DNA of 64,000 bases from Phycisphaerales bacterium (lineage in GTDB: Bacteria; Planctomycetota; Phycisphaerae; Phycisphaerales; UBA1924), in the NCBI GenBank assembly GCA_965227775.1, contig OZ245777.1, positions 736,001-800,000 of the forward strand, written 5' to 3'. The position numbers and the translations under genes are program-made. Under the pieces are notes generated by a model. It worked only from the letters and a program-made list of their open reading frames with translations, was not told the DNA's origin and ran no database searches. This document shows, piece after piece, positions 52,180 through 62,667 of the stretch (the stretch's first letter is position 1; each line of letters begins with the position of its first letter).

Positions 52180-53598
52180 ATGCTCACCGCACGACTGCAC
52201 CCGCTCACCGTCATCGCATTGGCAGCCGTCACGCTCGCCGGGTGGTTCGCCCAGGCGGCCTCGGCCCAGGGCCGCGACGTCGAGCCCTATTTCGTGACCG
52301 TCACCGCCGAGCAGGCGTTCCTCCGGTCTGGCGACCTGCGGAGCTACTACCCCATCGCCACCCTCAAGCCGGGCACCGTCCTGCGCGTGACCGGCGAGAG
52401 CGGCAACTGGCTCCGCGTCGAGTATCCCCGCGGCCTGCGGGCGCTCGTCCGGGCCGACCACGCGACGCTGGACCAGGTCGAGGGCATCGTGACCCTCAGC
52501 CGCTCGGGCGCGCTCAAGGCGCTCAGCGATACCCGCTACGGCATCGACGGCTCCTTCCGCGATGTGCAGGGCCCCGAGACGCCCGCCACCACCCGCCTGA
52601 AGCACCACCGCACAGAGCAGAGCAGCCGCGGCGTGGTGTTCTACATCGTCGACGCCCCGCAGGGTGCCGCCGGCTTCATCGAGAGCGCCCAGGCCCGGCG
52701 GTCGGTGCCCAGCGAGATCCAGGCCTACCGCGCCAGCCTCGAAGCAGAAGACCAGGGCCAGGCCCTGCCCGAACCACCGACCCAGCAGCCCACGCAGGCG
52801 CCCGTCGAGCAGGAAGCGCCGCAAGCCGAAGAAGAAGACCGCCCGACCGTGATGGAGCCCATGCGCATCGAGGGCGCGGGAACGCCGCCCGCGACCGATC
52901 CGATCCAGACCAACCCCGCGGCGCCGCGCACCAACCCGGTGCAAGACAGCCCGGCCGGCCAGCCCGTCGAGATGGAGATGCGCACCGAGCCCGAGCAGCC
53001 CGGCGACGCGCTCGACCCGCTGCCGAGCCTTGAGGCGCTGTCGGCCGCGTTTGACGCCGTCCGCCGCCAGGGCACGCTCGAGGCTGAGGTCGACGAGCTC
53101 GAAGCCGCCTTCCAGCGCGTACTCGCCGCGACGCCCGACATCCTGGAGAACGAGTCGGTGCGCACCTGGCTGCAGCAGCGCCTCAGCCTGCTTGAGATCC
53201 GCAAGCAGCTCCAGAAGACACTGCAAGACGTCGCCGAGGCGCAAGCCAAGCTGAAGGAAGGCAACCAGGAGAGCGACCAGGCCATGGCGCGCCTCCGCGA
53301 GTCGGCCATCTACGACTACGTCGGCAAGCTCGAGAAGAGCGCCGTCTACAACGGCAACCGACTACCGCTCATGTACCGTCTCGTGTCGGTGGGCGACGGC
53401 GCACCGCGCACGCTGGGCTACATCGAGCCCACCGAGGGGCTCGACCTGGACCGCAAGCTCGGCGTGCTCGTTGGCGTCAGCGGCGGCGGCAGCAACCGGG
53501 CCGACCTGCGCCTGAGCACCATCGACGCGACCAGCGTGGTGGTCCTGCGGTCAGAAGAGTCCGAGAAGGTGCAGTACGCCACCGAGCCGGGCAGCTAA
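52180..53598 (+). CDS. Secreted SH3-like domain protein with Pro/Gln linker and coiled coil
   Basis: Signal peptide; FLRSG...YYPIATL.PG..L.VTGE..NWLRV; C-terminal coiled coil. Confidence 0.75.
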   Translation: MLTARLHPLTVIALAAVTLAGWFAQAASAQGRDVEPYFVTVTAEQAFLRSGDLRSYYPIATLKPGTVLRVTGESGNWLRVEYPRGLRALVRADHATLDQVEGIVTLSRSGALKALSDTRYGIDGSFRDVQGPETPATTRLKHHRTEQSSRGVVFYIVDAPQGAAGFIESAQARRSVPSEIQAYRASLEAEDQGQALPEPPTQQPTQAPVEQEAPQAEEEDRPTVMEPMRIEGAGTPPATDPIQTNPAAPRTNPVQDSPAGQPVEMEMRTEPEQPGDALDPLPSLEALSAAFDAVRRQGTLEAEVDELEAAFQRVLAATPDILENESVRTWLQQRLSLLEIRKQLQKTLQDVAEAQAKLKEGNQESDQAMARLRESAIYDYVGKLEKSAVYNGNRLPLMYRLVSVGDGAPRTLGYIEPTEGLDLDRKLGVLVGVSGGGSNRADLRLSTIDATSVVVLRSEESEKVQYATEPGS

Positions 53599-53762
53599 CC
53601 GCCACCGACCAAGGCGACGCCAACAACCACGATCACGCGCAAGGGCCCGGGCAAGCACCCGGGCCTTGTTCGTTGACCTCCACGCCCGTGCGCGAATTCG
53701 AGGGCAAACCCACACGATTCGCGACGACCAAGTCCATTCGCACGTACACTGTGTTCGTGAGC

Positions 53763-55052
53763 ATGCACGCCACATCTGCCGGCCCTGCGACCATGATGGC
53801 CTCAGGCCTCTCATCGCTCGACCGCACCGAGTTCGCGGCGCGGCAGGCCTTCGAGCAGGCCGCCGAGCAGCTGCCCGAGGGTGCCGACTCGGCCGACCTC
53901 GCGCTCGTCTTCTTCTCGAGCGCGCACGTCGGCCAAGCCGGTCTTGTAGCCGCAGCCGCGCGAGCCGCGCTGCCCAACGCCACCATCGTCGGTTGCTCTG
54001 CCGAGTCGGTGCTGGGCGGCACAGTCGAGCTTGAGGACCGGCCGGGCATCAGCGTGCTGGCGTGCAGCATGCCGGGCGTCGACGTGCGCGCATTCCCCCT
54101 CAGCCGGCTGTCGAACATCGACCCAAGCAACCCAAGCCAGGTCGAACGCCTGCGCGAGACCGCTGGCATGACGCACGAGCACCGCGCGACCATCCTGCTG
54201 CCCGATCCGTTCGGCCTGCCCGCCGGGCGCGCCATCACGGCCATCGACAAGGCCGCGCGGCTGGGGCTGGGCGACGACGAGCGGCCGGTCATCCTCGGCG
54301 GCATGGCATCATCAGATAACCGCACGGGCGGCAACGCGTTTCTGCTCGACGGTCGGACCATCCGCGATGGTGGCGTGGGTCTCTCGCTGAACGGCCCGAT
54401 CACCGTCGACACCGTGGTGAGCCAGGGCTGCCGGCCCATCGGCCCCAACATGGTTGTGACCCAGGGCGAGGGCAACATCGTGCACCGCCTCGGCGGGCGG
54501 CCCGCGTTCGAGGCCGTGCGCGAGGTCATCGCCGACCTCGACGAAGACGAGCGACAGCTGCTGAGCAAGGGCGTGTTCCTGGGCGTCGTGGCAGACGAGC
54601 ACCGCCGCCACTTCGGGCGCGGCGACTACGTCATCCGCAGCATCATGAGCGCCAACGAGGCCGACGGTTCCGTCGCGCTGGGCGACTACGTCCGCCTGGG
54701 CCAGACCGTGCGCCTGCACGCGCGCGATGCCAGCACGGCCCACGAAGACCTCGAGCTGCTGCTGGACGCCCAGAAGCTGTATGAGCATCCTGCAGGGTGC
54801 TTGCTCATCACCTGCAACGGGCGCGGTACGCGGCTCTTCGAGCATCCCAACCACGATGCGCAGACCGTGCACCGGGCGTTTGAGGCCGTCCGCAAGGGCG
54901 CGCCAGCCATAGGTGCCGCGCCGCGCGGCACCGGCCAGCCCATGCCCATCGCCGGCTTCTTCGCGGCCGGTGAGATCGGGCCCATCCAGGGCCGAACATT
55001 CGTGCACGGCCACACCGCGTGCGCCGCACTCTTCCGCGGCCGGACGGTCTGA
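53763..55052 (+). CDS. FIST (FIST_N + FIST_C) domain protein
   Basis: IVGCSA, LGGMAS, VSQGCRPIG, LGGRPA, TCNGRG, GFFAAGEIGP...HGHT; start uncertain (alternative 53793). Confidence 0.92.
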   Translation: MHATSAGPATMMASGLSSLDRTEFAARQAFEQAAEQLPEGADSADLALVFFSSAHVGQAGLVAAAARAALPNATIVGCSAESVLGGTVELEDRPGISVLACSMPGVDVRAFPLSRLSNIDPSNPSQVERLRETAGMTHEHRATILLPDPFGLPAGRAITAIDKAARLGLGDDERPVILGGMASSDNRTGGNAFLLDGRTIRDGGVGLSLNGPITVDTVVSQGCRPIGPNMVVTQGEGNIVHRLGGRPAFEAVREVIADLDEDERQLLSKGVFLGVVADEHRRHFGRGDYVIRSIMSANEADGSVALGDYVRLGQTVRLHARDASTAHEDLELLLDAQKLYEHPAGCLLITCNGRGTRLFEHPNHDAQTVHRAFEAVRKGAPAIGAAPRGTGQPMPIAGFFAAGEIGPIQGRTFVHGHTACAALFRGRTV

Positions 55053-55060
55053 CGCACGCC

Positions 55061-56569
55061 ATGACCACGCTGTTGTGCGTGCCCATCACCGTCGACACGC
55101 CCGAGCAGGCACTCGCCGATGCCGAGCACGCACGGCTTGCCGGCGCCGACCTGGTCGAGTTCCGCCTCGATGCGTTTCTTGAGGAAGCAAGCCAGATCGA
55201 CGCGTGCGTGCGCCTCGTAGGCGACTCACCGCTGCCGTGCATCGCGACGTGCAGACCAAGCTGGGAGGGCGGCGAGTACGAGGGCGACGAGCACACGCGG
55301 TCCGAACTCTTCGAAGAACTCTGCACGGCCGAATCTCCGCCGCGCTACGTCGATACCGAACTCGCCGCCCGCAGAGTGACCGACACACTGGACGGCCCGG
55401 TGAAACTGATCGTGAGCACCCACGATTTCCAGGGACGGCCAGCCAACCTGACACGACAACTCTTGCACTTGCGCGAGGACTCGGGCGCAGCCGTCCACAA
55501 GATCGCGTTCCGGGCGCGTTCGCTGCGTGACAATCTGGAGCTGTTCGAGATACTCGCGCATCGCGACCGCCCCACCATCGCGCTCGGCATGGGCACGTAC
55601 GGTCTCATGAGCCGCGTGCTGGCACCGAAGTTTGGCGGCTTTCTGACCTTTGCGAGCCTGCGCCCCGAGACCACGACCGCGCCGGGCCAGCCCACCGTTG
55701 CCGATCTACTCAACCTCTATCGCTTTAAGAGCATCACGCAAAGCACGAAGGTCTTCGGCATCGTCGGCGATCCGGTTGAGCACTCGCGCTCCCCCGCGAT
55801 GCACAATGCCGGTTTCGAGCGCGTGGGCTTCGATGGTGTGTACCTGCCACTGCCGGTCGCGGCGGGGTACGAGTCGCTGAAGGCCACGCTGACCGAACTG
55901 CTGGCGTCGGACGTGCTCGACCTGACCGGCCTGAGCGTCACCATGCCGCACAAGGAACATCTCGTGCGGCTTGCGCGCGAGCAGGGATGGCGGATCGATG
56001 GCCTCGCCGAGCGCTGCGGCGCCGCGAACACGCTTGTGCGCACCGATTCGGGCGTCCGCGTGCTCAATACCGACGGTCCCGCAGTCGTGCGTTGCCTGCG
56101 AGATGCCGGCGTCGAGCTCGGCAACGTGCTCGTGCTTGGTGCGGGCGGTATGGCACGATCGGTCGCGTTCGCGCTAGCCGATGTCGGCGCTCATGTGCAC
56201 GTGCATAACCGGACAACCGGTCGTGCGCACGAGCTTGTGGAGGCCGTGCCGAACGCATCGCACGTCGAATCGCTGGAGCGATTGGAACCCCTGCAGGCCA
56301 TCGTGCAGTGCACGCCCATTGGCATGGCGGGCGGTTCGGCCGCGGATCAGGCACCAATCCCTGCCGACGCCCTCGGCAACGCGACGATTGTCGAGACCGT
56401 ATATCACCCGCGCGAAACGCCGCTGGTGCGAGACGCAACCGCGCGCGGCCTGCGGGTGATCGACGGCCTGGACGTGCTCGTTGCGCAAGCTCTGGATCAG
56501 TTCAAGCTCTTCACCGGCCACGATGCTCCGATCGAGCTCTTCCGCGAGGCCGCGAACGCTGGAGCCTAG
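55061..56569 (+). CDS. aroDE: Bifunctional type I 3-dehydroquinate dehydratase / shikimate dehydrogenase
   Basis: ADLVEFRLD, TCRP.WEGG, STHDF, TAPGQP; then GDPV.HSRSP.MHN, SVTMPHKE, NTD, LGAGGMAR. Confidence 0.93.
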   Translation: MTTLLCVPITVDTPEQALADAEHARLAGADLVEFRLDAFLEEASQIDACVRLVGDSPLPCIATCRPSWEGGEYEGDEHTRSELFEELCTAESPPRYVDTELAARRVTDTLDGPVKLIVSTHDFQGRPANLTRQLLHLREDSGAAVHKIAFRARSLRDNLELFEILAHRDRPTIALGMGTYGLMSRVLAPKFGGFLTFASLRPETTTAPGQPTVADLLNLYRFKSITQSTKVFGIVGDPVEHSRSPAMHNAGFERVGFDGVYLPLPVAAGYESLKATLTELLASDVLDLTGLSVTMPHKEHLVRLAREQGWRIDGLAERCGAANTLVRTDSGVRVLNTDGPAVVRCLRDAGVELGNVLVLGAGGMARSVAFALADVGAHVHVHNRTTGRAHELVEAVPNASHVESLERLEPLQAIVQCTPIGMAGGSAADQAPIPADALGNATIVETVYHPRETPLVRDATARGLRVIDGLDVLVAQALDQFKLFTGHDAPIELFREAANAGA

Positions 56570-57078
56570 ACCACCATCTGGTCGACGCCTTCGCCACCTG
56601 CCAGCACACTGGCGCTGACGAGCGTGCGGAAAGCCTCGGCGGCCAGCAGCGAGTCTCGCTCGGCGGGCACGTGGGCGAACATCAGGTCGATGGCGCCCAA
56701 TGCCCGCGATTCTGCCCATGACGGATCCATCACGCGAACGACGCCGTCGACCGATGCACCTTGCTCGTCGATGGCGACCAGTGTGGCCTCGAACTCGATC
56801 GTCGCGCCGGGCAGGACCTCGAAATCGAGCTCGGCTTTGCGGAGCTTGGCCAGCACGACGTCGTCCTTGAAGCCGCGGGCGTGGCCGGCGAGCAGGCCGC
56901 CCGTCTGGGCCATGCCCTCGATGATGAGCGGCGCGGGCGCGATCGGAAGCGCGGGGCGGTCGCCCGACGCCGGGAAGTGCTGGTGCAAGTGGGGCTCGCT
57001 CAGGCTGATGGTCTTGCGGGCGACCATCCGGCGGCCGGGCTCAAGGGCCAGGATTCGATCGATCCAGAGCCAGCGCAC
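56566..57078 (-). CDS. FabZ-like 3-hydroxyacyl-ACP dehydratase (hotdog fold)
   Basis: MRWLWIDRI, HFP...LIIEGMAQTGG, PG. Confidence 0.85.
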   Translation of the reverse strand: MRWLWIDRILALEPGRRMVARKTISLSEPHLHQHFPASGDRPALPIAPAPLIIEGMAQTGGLLAGHARGFKDDVVLAKLRKAELDFEVLPGATIEFEATLVAIDEQGASVDGVVRVMDPSWAESRALGAIDLMFAHVPAERDSLLAAEAFRTLVSASVLAGGEGVDQMVV

Positions 57079-57088
57079 GAGATTGGCC

Positions 57089-57478
57089 TCAGGCGGCGGC
57101 GCCGAGCTTGCGCTCGACGAAGTTGGTGATCGCGTCGACGGTGAAGATCTCGCCCACGCGGCCGAGGCGCGGGTCGGCTTCGATGGCGTCGATCTCGGCG
57201 TGGGGCAAGCGCTCGCGAAGGGCGCTCAGGCCGGCCTCGGTCAGCATGCCGTCCTGCACATAGGTGGGGTCTTGCTGGAGGTTCTCGGGGAAGAGCTCGC
57301 CCTGCTCGATCTTGATGTCAAAGGCCTGTTCGAGGCGGAAGACGATGTCGAGGAAGTCGATGGACTCGGCCCCGAGATCGCCGGTGAGGGTTGCCCGCGG
57401 GGTGACTTCCTCTTCATCGATGCCCAGCACCTCGGCCAGCACCTCTTGCACCCTCGCATGGATCTCGTCTCGCGTCAT
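57089..57478 (-). CDS. Acyl carrier protein (long form)
   Basis: GDLGAESIDFLDIVFRLEQAFDIKI phosphopantetheine site, TV..I..FV. Confidence 0.92.
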   Translation of the reverse strand: MTRDEIHARVQEVLAEVLGIDEEEVTPRATLTGDLGAESIDFLDIVFRLEQAFDIKIEQGELFPENLQQDPTYVQDGMLTEAGLSALRERLPHAEIDAIEADPRLGRVGEIFTVDAITNFVERKLGAAA

Positions 57479-57537
57479 AGCGCCTCCGTCGTGGCCCGCC
57501 GATCGTCCCCGGCTACACGCCCCCAGGGTCTTCGATG

Positions 57538-57984
57538 CTATGGGGCCCGGTGTTGCCAGGGAGGGCTGGGGTGTGCGGCGCGAAGCGTCAGGCGGCCCGA
57601 AACGGCGGCCGGAAGGCCGTCGACGCCCACAAGATCGACCTCGGCTTGGTCGCACGCTCGGCCGGCTGCGGCGATCGTGGCGGCTTCGCCCTCCAGCTTC
57701 ACGAGCTTCACATCGCACACCAGCCATTGGCCCGGCGTCAGGAAGCTGCTGAATCGGACGGCCCGGGCCGAGCCGAGTACCCAGCGATTGGCTCCATCGA
57801 CGTGGCCGGCGAGTAACTCGCGGCCGGCCTGCACGAGCGATTCGATCGCGAGCACGCCCGGCAGCACGGGGCGACCCGGGAAGTGGTCTCGGAAGAAGGG
57901 GTCGGCCGGGTCGAGGCGGTGCCTGGTGATGACGCGATCGCGTTCGCGCAGCAAGACGTCGTCGGTCAGGGCGTACCAGTCCAC
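57538..57984 (-). CDS. FabA/FabZ-like dehydratase (hotdog fold)
   Basis: FFRDHFPGRPVLPGVLAIESLVQA, VRF..F..PG; GTG start is a guess. Confidence 0.85.
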   Translation of the reverse strand: MDWYALTDDVLLRERDRVITRHRLDPADPFFRDHFPGRPVLPGVLAIESLVQAGRELLAGHVDGANRWVLGSARAVRFSSFLTPGQWLVCDVKLVKLEGEAATIAAAGRACDQAEVDLVGVDGLPAAVSGRLTLRAAHPSPPWQHRAP

Positions 57985-58040
57985 GGGTAAGCGTAGTGTT
58001 TGGTTCGCGCCCGGGCCTACCACGGGGTGAACCGACCGCC

Positions 58041-58775
58041 ATGCCACCCAGCCACGACGACGCCATCTGCCTGCGCCACAGCGAGTGGAGCGAGACGAGC
58101 CAGCATGTCACGCTGCTGGGGCGCAAGCATGGGTTGATCCGCGGATTGGCGCGCGGTTCTCGTCGTGAGCGGTCGGCCTTCTCGGGTGGATTCGAGTTGC
58201 TGGCGCGCGGCACGCTGGTGTTCTACGAGAAGCCCACGCGCGAGCTGGCCAACGTGACCGCCTGGGACCTGACCGCCACGCACGCGTACCTGCGCAAGGA
58301 CCTGCCCAGCCTGTGGCGCGCGATGTACGCGATCGATCTCGTGCAGCGGGCGCTGCCGGTGCGCGAGCCCCACCCGCGGACGTTCGATCAGCTCACGGGC
58401 TTGCTTTCGGCCAGCACCATCGGCATGGAGTCACTCACGCTGTTCCAATGGGCCCTGCTCGAGGAAGCCGGGCACAAGCCGGATCTGGGAGATCCCCCGC
58501 CCGGGGGTACGCCGCCGGTCGTGTACTTCCTGCCCGATGCGGGCCGGATCGAGATCGATCGGCCCGCCGGTGGGCACGAGGCATGGCCCATGCGGGGCAA
58601 GACGCTCGAGGCCCTGCGTTCGATAACCAGCGGCGAGCGTCCGCAAACCAGCGCCGACGAGGCGACCTGGACCAGATCGGCCGCCTTCCTGTGCGTCAAC
58701 TGGATGTGGGTGCTCGGAAGGCCGATACCTGCTGCACGGGCGGTCTTCGGCGACCGCATCGACCGAGGCGAGTAG
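58041..58775 (+). CDS. recO: DNA repair protein RecO
   Basis: AICLR...WSETS..VTLL.R.HG.IRGLARGSRR OB-fold N-terminus; LLEEAG..P. Confidence 0.85.
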   Translation: MPPSHDDAICLRHSEWSETSQHVTLLGRKHGLIRGLARGSRRERSAFSGGFELLARGTLVFYEKPTRELANVTAWDLTATHAYLRKDLPSLWRAMYAIDLVQRALPVREPHPRTFDQLTGLLSASTIGMESLTLFQWALLEEAGHKPDLGDPPPGGTPPVVYFLPDAGRIEIDRPAGGHEAWPMRGKTLEALRSITSGERPQTSADEATWTRSAAFLCVNWMWVLGRPIPAARAVFGDRIDRGE

Positions 58776-58830
58776 GGACGCTCGCAGATCAGGCCATTCG
58801 GCGCACTTCGCCGGCAAGAGGAAGGCCAGC

Positions 58831-60303
58831 ATGGACTCGTTCGCCATCGAGGAAATCCTCTCGTGCGAGTCGCTCCCGTCGCTGCCAGCGACAGCGGTGC
58901 GGGTCATCGAGTTGAGCCAGGACCCCGACTGCACGGTCAATGAGCTGGCCGAGACCATCCGATTTGACCAGGGCCTGGCCGCCAAGATCCTCAAGACCGT
59001 GAACTCGAGCTTCTTCGGCCTGCGCACCAAGTGCGGCACGATTGACAAGGCGTTGGTCGTCCTCGGCCTGCGCGAGCTGCGCAACCTGGCGCTTGGTTTC
59101 TCGCTGGTGCCCGCGATGGAGTCGGCCTATACCGACGGATTCGACCCGGTCGATTACTGGCGCCGCGGCATCTACTCGGCGGTGGCAGCCAAGTTCATCG
59201 CCCAGCGCGTCGCGCGTGATGTCGCTGACGAGGCTTTCCTGGGCGGCCTGCTGCAAGACATCGGCATCATGGCGATGCTCCAGGCACTTGGCAAGCCCTA
59301 CGAAGACGTGCTGGGTACTTCGATGAGTGATCACCGCAAGCTCGCCGCGGCCGAGCTTCGCGCGTTCGACATGCAGCACCCCGAGGTGGGCGCACTGCTC
59401 GCTCGCAAGTGGCAACTGCCCGACGAGCTGAGCGTGCCGATCCGATTCCACGAGCGACCGACAGCCGCGCCGAACGAGTTGCGCGAAGTCGTCGGCTGTG
59501 TGGCCCTTGGCAATGCGATCCACCAGTGCCTGACCTATGAGGACAAGGCCGCTTGCTTCAAGCGTCTGTACGACCGGGCCCAGCGCACGTTTGGCCTCGA
59601 TCAAGCTACCTGCGACGAGCTGCTGACCCAGACCGCGACGGCGGCAAAGGAAGTCTCCCGGCTCTTCGAGCTCGACACGGGCGACTCGGTCGACCCCGCG
59701 AAGCTCTTGAAGCAGGCCGCAGACCTGCAATCCGAGCCGGCGAGCGAGCAAGACCAGCTCGACCACGGCTCGGTCTCGGCGGTCATCCGCGACGGCGATC
59801 TTGTTGACCCAATCACCGGCGCCATGACTCGCCTTGCGATCGAGCGTCAGCTCGAGAGTGCGTACGAGGAAGGCAAGGCCGCCAAAAGCCCAGTGAGCGT
59901 GGCGATCATCCGCCTCGATGGTTTCGCCGAGATCGTGCAGAACGAGGGCATCGAAGCAGGCGACGTGCTGGCGATCGACATCACCGAGTCGCTGAACGAG
60001 CTCGGCTCAACGCTCAAGGACGTCAAAGTCGGCAGCTTCGATGACGCGACGTCGATCCTTCTCACCACGTCCCCGCTCGACGAGCTCACCAAGGCTGTCA
60101 CGCAGTGGCGCGAGTCGTTCAAGACCGACGCGCGGCCGACGACCAGCGCCGGCCTGACCAGCTGTGAGGGCGAGGGCTACGAGATCTTCACAAAGAGCAA
60201 GCAGGTGCTCGCGATCGCGTATCGCGCCATGGAAGCCGCGGTGAACGCCGGCGGCAACGCGATGCGTACCTTCCAGCCCGGCAAGGACAAGCAGGCCGCC
60301 TAG
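58831..60303 (+). CDS. HDOD domain protein with degenerate GGDEF domain
   Basis: LPSLP, D..LAAKILKTVNSSFFG, AF.GGLL.DIG, W.LP; DPITGAMTR but no GG(D/E)EF motif. Confidence 0.88.
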   Translation: MDSFAIEEILSCESLPSLPATAVRVIELSQDPDCTVNELAETIRFDQGLAAKILKTVNSSFFGLRTKCGTIDKALVVLGLRELRNLALGFSLVPAMESAYTDGFDPVDYWRRGIYSAVAAKFIAQRVARDVADEAFLGGLLQDIGIMAMLQALGKPYEDVLGTSMSDHRKLAAAELRAFDMQHPEVGALLARKWQLPDELSVPIRFHERPTAAPNELREVVGCVALGNAIHQCLTYEDKAACFKRLYDRAQRTFGLDQATCDELLTQTATAAKEVSRLFELDTGDSVDPAKLLKQAADLQSEPASEQDQLDHGSVSAVIRDGDLVDPITGAMTRLAIERQLESAYEEGKAAKSPVSVAIIRLDGFAEIVQNEGIEAGDVLAIDITESLNELGSTLKDVKVGSFDDATSILLTTSPLDELTKAVTQWRESFKTDARPTTSAGLTSCEGEGYEIFTKSKQVLAIAYRAMEAAVNAGGNAMRTFQPGKDKQAA

Positions 60304-61524
60304 CTACGCCGGCTGCAGCGTGCCCGTCGTCGTTGGTGTCATGGGAAAACGCTCGGCAACCGCCCGCAGATCATCGAGCGTCACCGACCGGACTTGCTCC
60401 AGCTCTTCTTCGAGCGGTAAGTAGTCGTTGAGCAGCGTCCAGCGCGCACCAAGCCGCTGCATCCGGTCCGATGGTCGCTCGCCACCAACCGTGACACCCG
60501 TTGCAGCCTTGGCCCGCAGCCGTTCGAGGTCTTGCTCGGTCAACTCATCGATCATCTTGGCAAGCTCGCCCGTGATGACCTCTTCGATCTGACCGAGCTT
60601 GTCGGGATCGCCGCTCGCGTAGACAATGAATTCGCCCGCACCATCTTGGCCCATGTACGACGACGCCGCCTCGTCGGCCAGCCCGGGCTCGACCAGCGCC
60701 CAGTGCAGCCGGCTGTTGCCGGGCGCGCCAAGCACCTGCGCAAGCAGCCGCGCCGCGTGTCGCAGCTCATCTTGCAGGGGCGGTGCGGGCCAGAGCGCGA
60801 TGACGTAGCCACGCGAGACGCTGTCGCGCTCGAGCTCGAAGCGTCCGCCACCGCTCGCCGGAGCCGGGCCGCGCGGCGGTGGATCGCCGTGTGTCCATGG
60901 CTCGCCCAGGCTCTCGAGCTCCGCCGCAATCTGGTCCATGTCGACCGCGCCAGCGAGCGCCACCACCGTCGCCTCGGCGGTGTAGCGATGCTCGAAGTAG
61001 TCACGCATGGTCGCAACCGGAATACCGGCGATGATCTCCTTCGTACCCAGCACGCGATGTCCGAGCGGGTGTCCGCGGTAGTGCCGCTCGCTCGCAGCCT
61101 CGAGCAGTACCCAGAACGGGTTGTCGTCGTACATCGCGATCTCTTCGAGGATCACGCCGCGCTCGGTCTCAAAATCGTCCTCACGAAGGGCGGGACGCAT
61201 CATGCGGCCGAGCAGCTTGGCCGCGTCGGGCAATGCCTCGGGAAGCGTGTGCGCGTAGAAGCAGGTCAGCTCGCTCGACGTGTACGCGTTGTTGCTCGCG
61301 CCGAGGTCGTCCATGGCCGCATTGAGCGCCTCGGCCGACAGGTCATTCGTGCCCTTGAACATCATGTGCTCGAGGAAATGGCTGACGCCCATGGCCTCGG
61401 CCGGCTCGTCCCTCGCGCCCGTGCGGACGAAGTACCCCGCCGCCGCGCTATGGGCCTCGGGGTCGACCTCGCCGATGAGACAGATGCCATTGCTCAGCAC
61501 GCGTTCTTGGAAGGAGATGGCCAT
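60304..61524 (-). CDS. M16 family (pitrilysin-like) zinc peptidase
   Basis: GVSHFLEHMMFKGT (HxxEH), NAYTS, ERGVILEEI. Confidence 0.93.
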   Translation of the reverse strand: MAISFQERVLSNGICLIGEVDPEAHSAAAGYFVRTGARDEPAEAMGVSHFLEHMMFKGTNDLSAEALNAAMDDLGASNNAYTSSELTCFYAHTLPEALPDAAKLLGRMMRPALREDDFETERGVILEEIAMYDDNPFWVLLEAASERHYRGHPLGHRVLGTKEIIAGIPVATMRDYFEHRYTAEATVVALAGAVDMDQIAAELESLGEPWTHGDPPPRGPAPASGGGRFELERDSVSRGYVIALWPAPPLQDELRHAARLLAQVLGAPGNSRLHWALVEPGLADEAASSYMGQDGAGEFIVYASGDPDKLGQIEEVITGELAKMIDELTEQDLERLRAKAATGVTVGGERPSDRMQRLGARWTLLNDYLPLEEELEQVRSVTLDDLRAVAERFPMTPTTTGTLQPA

Positions 61525-61545
61525 GCGCCAGTCTAGCTCGAACGC

Positions 61546-62598
61546 TCACGCCCGAGCGGCGGCGTTCGCGCCCGACATTGCTTCGACAAGCTCACGGGTG
61601 GCGGCCTCTGGATCTTCCGCACCACACACGGCACCACACACCGCAACGCCCTGGCAGCCATGCGCAGCGAGCTGACCGGCATTGGTCGCGTCGATGCCGC
61701 TGATCGCAAGGTGGCCCAGCCGGTTCGCCACCGGGTCGGCCGCCACTGCCTCGATCAACGCCGGGCCGCTGAGCGTGGGCTTTGCCTTCGTGCCGGATGC
61801 GAACATGGGCCCGAGGCCCAGGTAGTCCGCGCCATCTTGCACGGCCTGGCGGGCTTGCTCGAGCGTCGAGCACGACACACCCACGAGTAGTCGATCGCCC
61901 GCGAATTTGCGCACGTCGCCGACCGCAAGATCTCCCTGCCCGACGTGCACGCCCGCGGCCCCGGCAAGCAGCGCGATGTCGGGCCGATCGTTGACGACAA
62001 CGGATGCACCGAACGGACGCGCAAGTTCGACTAGCGCCTGGGCACGCTCGAGCAGTTCGCGATCGGGCAGCGACTTCTCCCGCAGTTGCAGGCACGACGC
62101 TCCGCCGCGGCACGCGCCCTCGGCGACGGCCTTCCAGCCGTGCCGGCAGAGCTCATCGGTAATCAGCACGCACACCGGCCATCGAGGCGAAGCCCCACCC
62201 AGGGCGACGAGAAGGCGGCGCTGGATCTCGTACGCCTCGTAGCGGGCGGCCTCGAAGGCGAGCGGTTGCAGGCCGAGGACCTTGGCGACCTCTTCGCACG
62301 CACGGAGGGCCTCGGCAACGCGGTTTCCGGCAGCAGCCGCGAGGGCGCCGGCATCCTTGCGCGTGATCTCTTCGGGCGTCGAGATGGTCGTGCCGACGTC
62401 GCCCGGGGTATCTCGCCAGGCTACCAGACGGCGCGGACCGGCGGACGAGGCGGCCGTTCGGATTGCGTGGCGAGCGTCCTTGGCCCGACGTGACGTCTCC
62501 GCGTCATCGAGCAGGAAGCGTGCGAGGTCCTCGAGGGTGCGCAACCCTTCACACGCACGGTTCACATTGGCATCGAACATGCGCTCGAGGGCGGCCAT
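61546..62598 (-). CDS. thiE: Thiamine-phosphate synthase with N-terminal ThiD2-type domain
   Basis: DANVNRACEGLR.LED..RF, RDTPGDVG; QLREK, VNDRPDIA, GVHVGQGD, ADYLGLGPMF.S.TK. Confidence 0.93.
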   Translation of the reverse strand: MAALERMFDANVNRACEGLRTLEDLARFLLDDAETSRRAKDARHAIRTAASSAGPRRLVAWRDTPGDVGTTISTPEEITRKDAGALAAAAGNRVAEALRACEEVAKVLGLQPLAFEAARYEAYEIQRRLLVALGGASPRWPVCVLITDELCRHGWKAVAEGACRGGASCLQLREKSLPDRELLERAQALVELARPFGASVVVNDRPDIALLAGAAGVHVGQGDLAVGDVRKFAGDRLLVGVSCSTLEQARQAVQDGADYLGLGPMFASGTKAKPTLSGPALIEAVAADPVANRLGHLAISGIDATNAGQLAAHGCQGVAVCGAVCGAEDPEAATRELVEAMSGANAAARA

Positions 62599-62667
62599 GG
62601 AGAATCGTACGTTCGGGGATGCGTGCAACGCCTCGCGGTGCGGTGGCGCGGGAGGCCGATGCACCAA

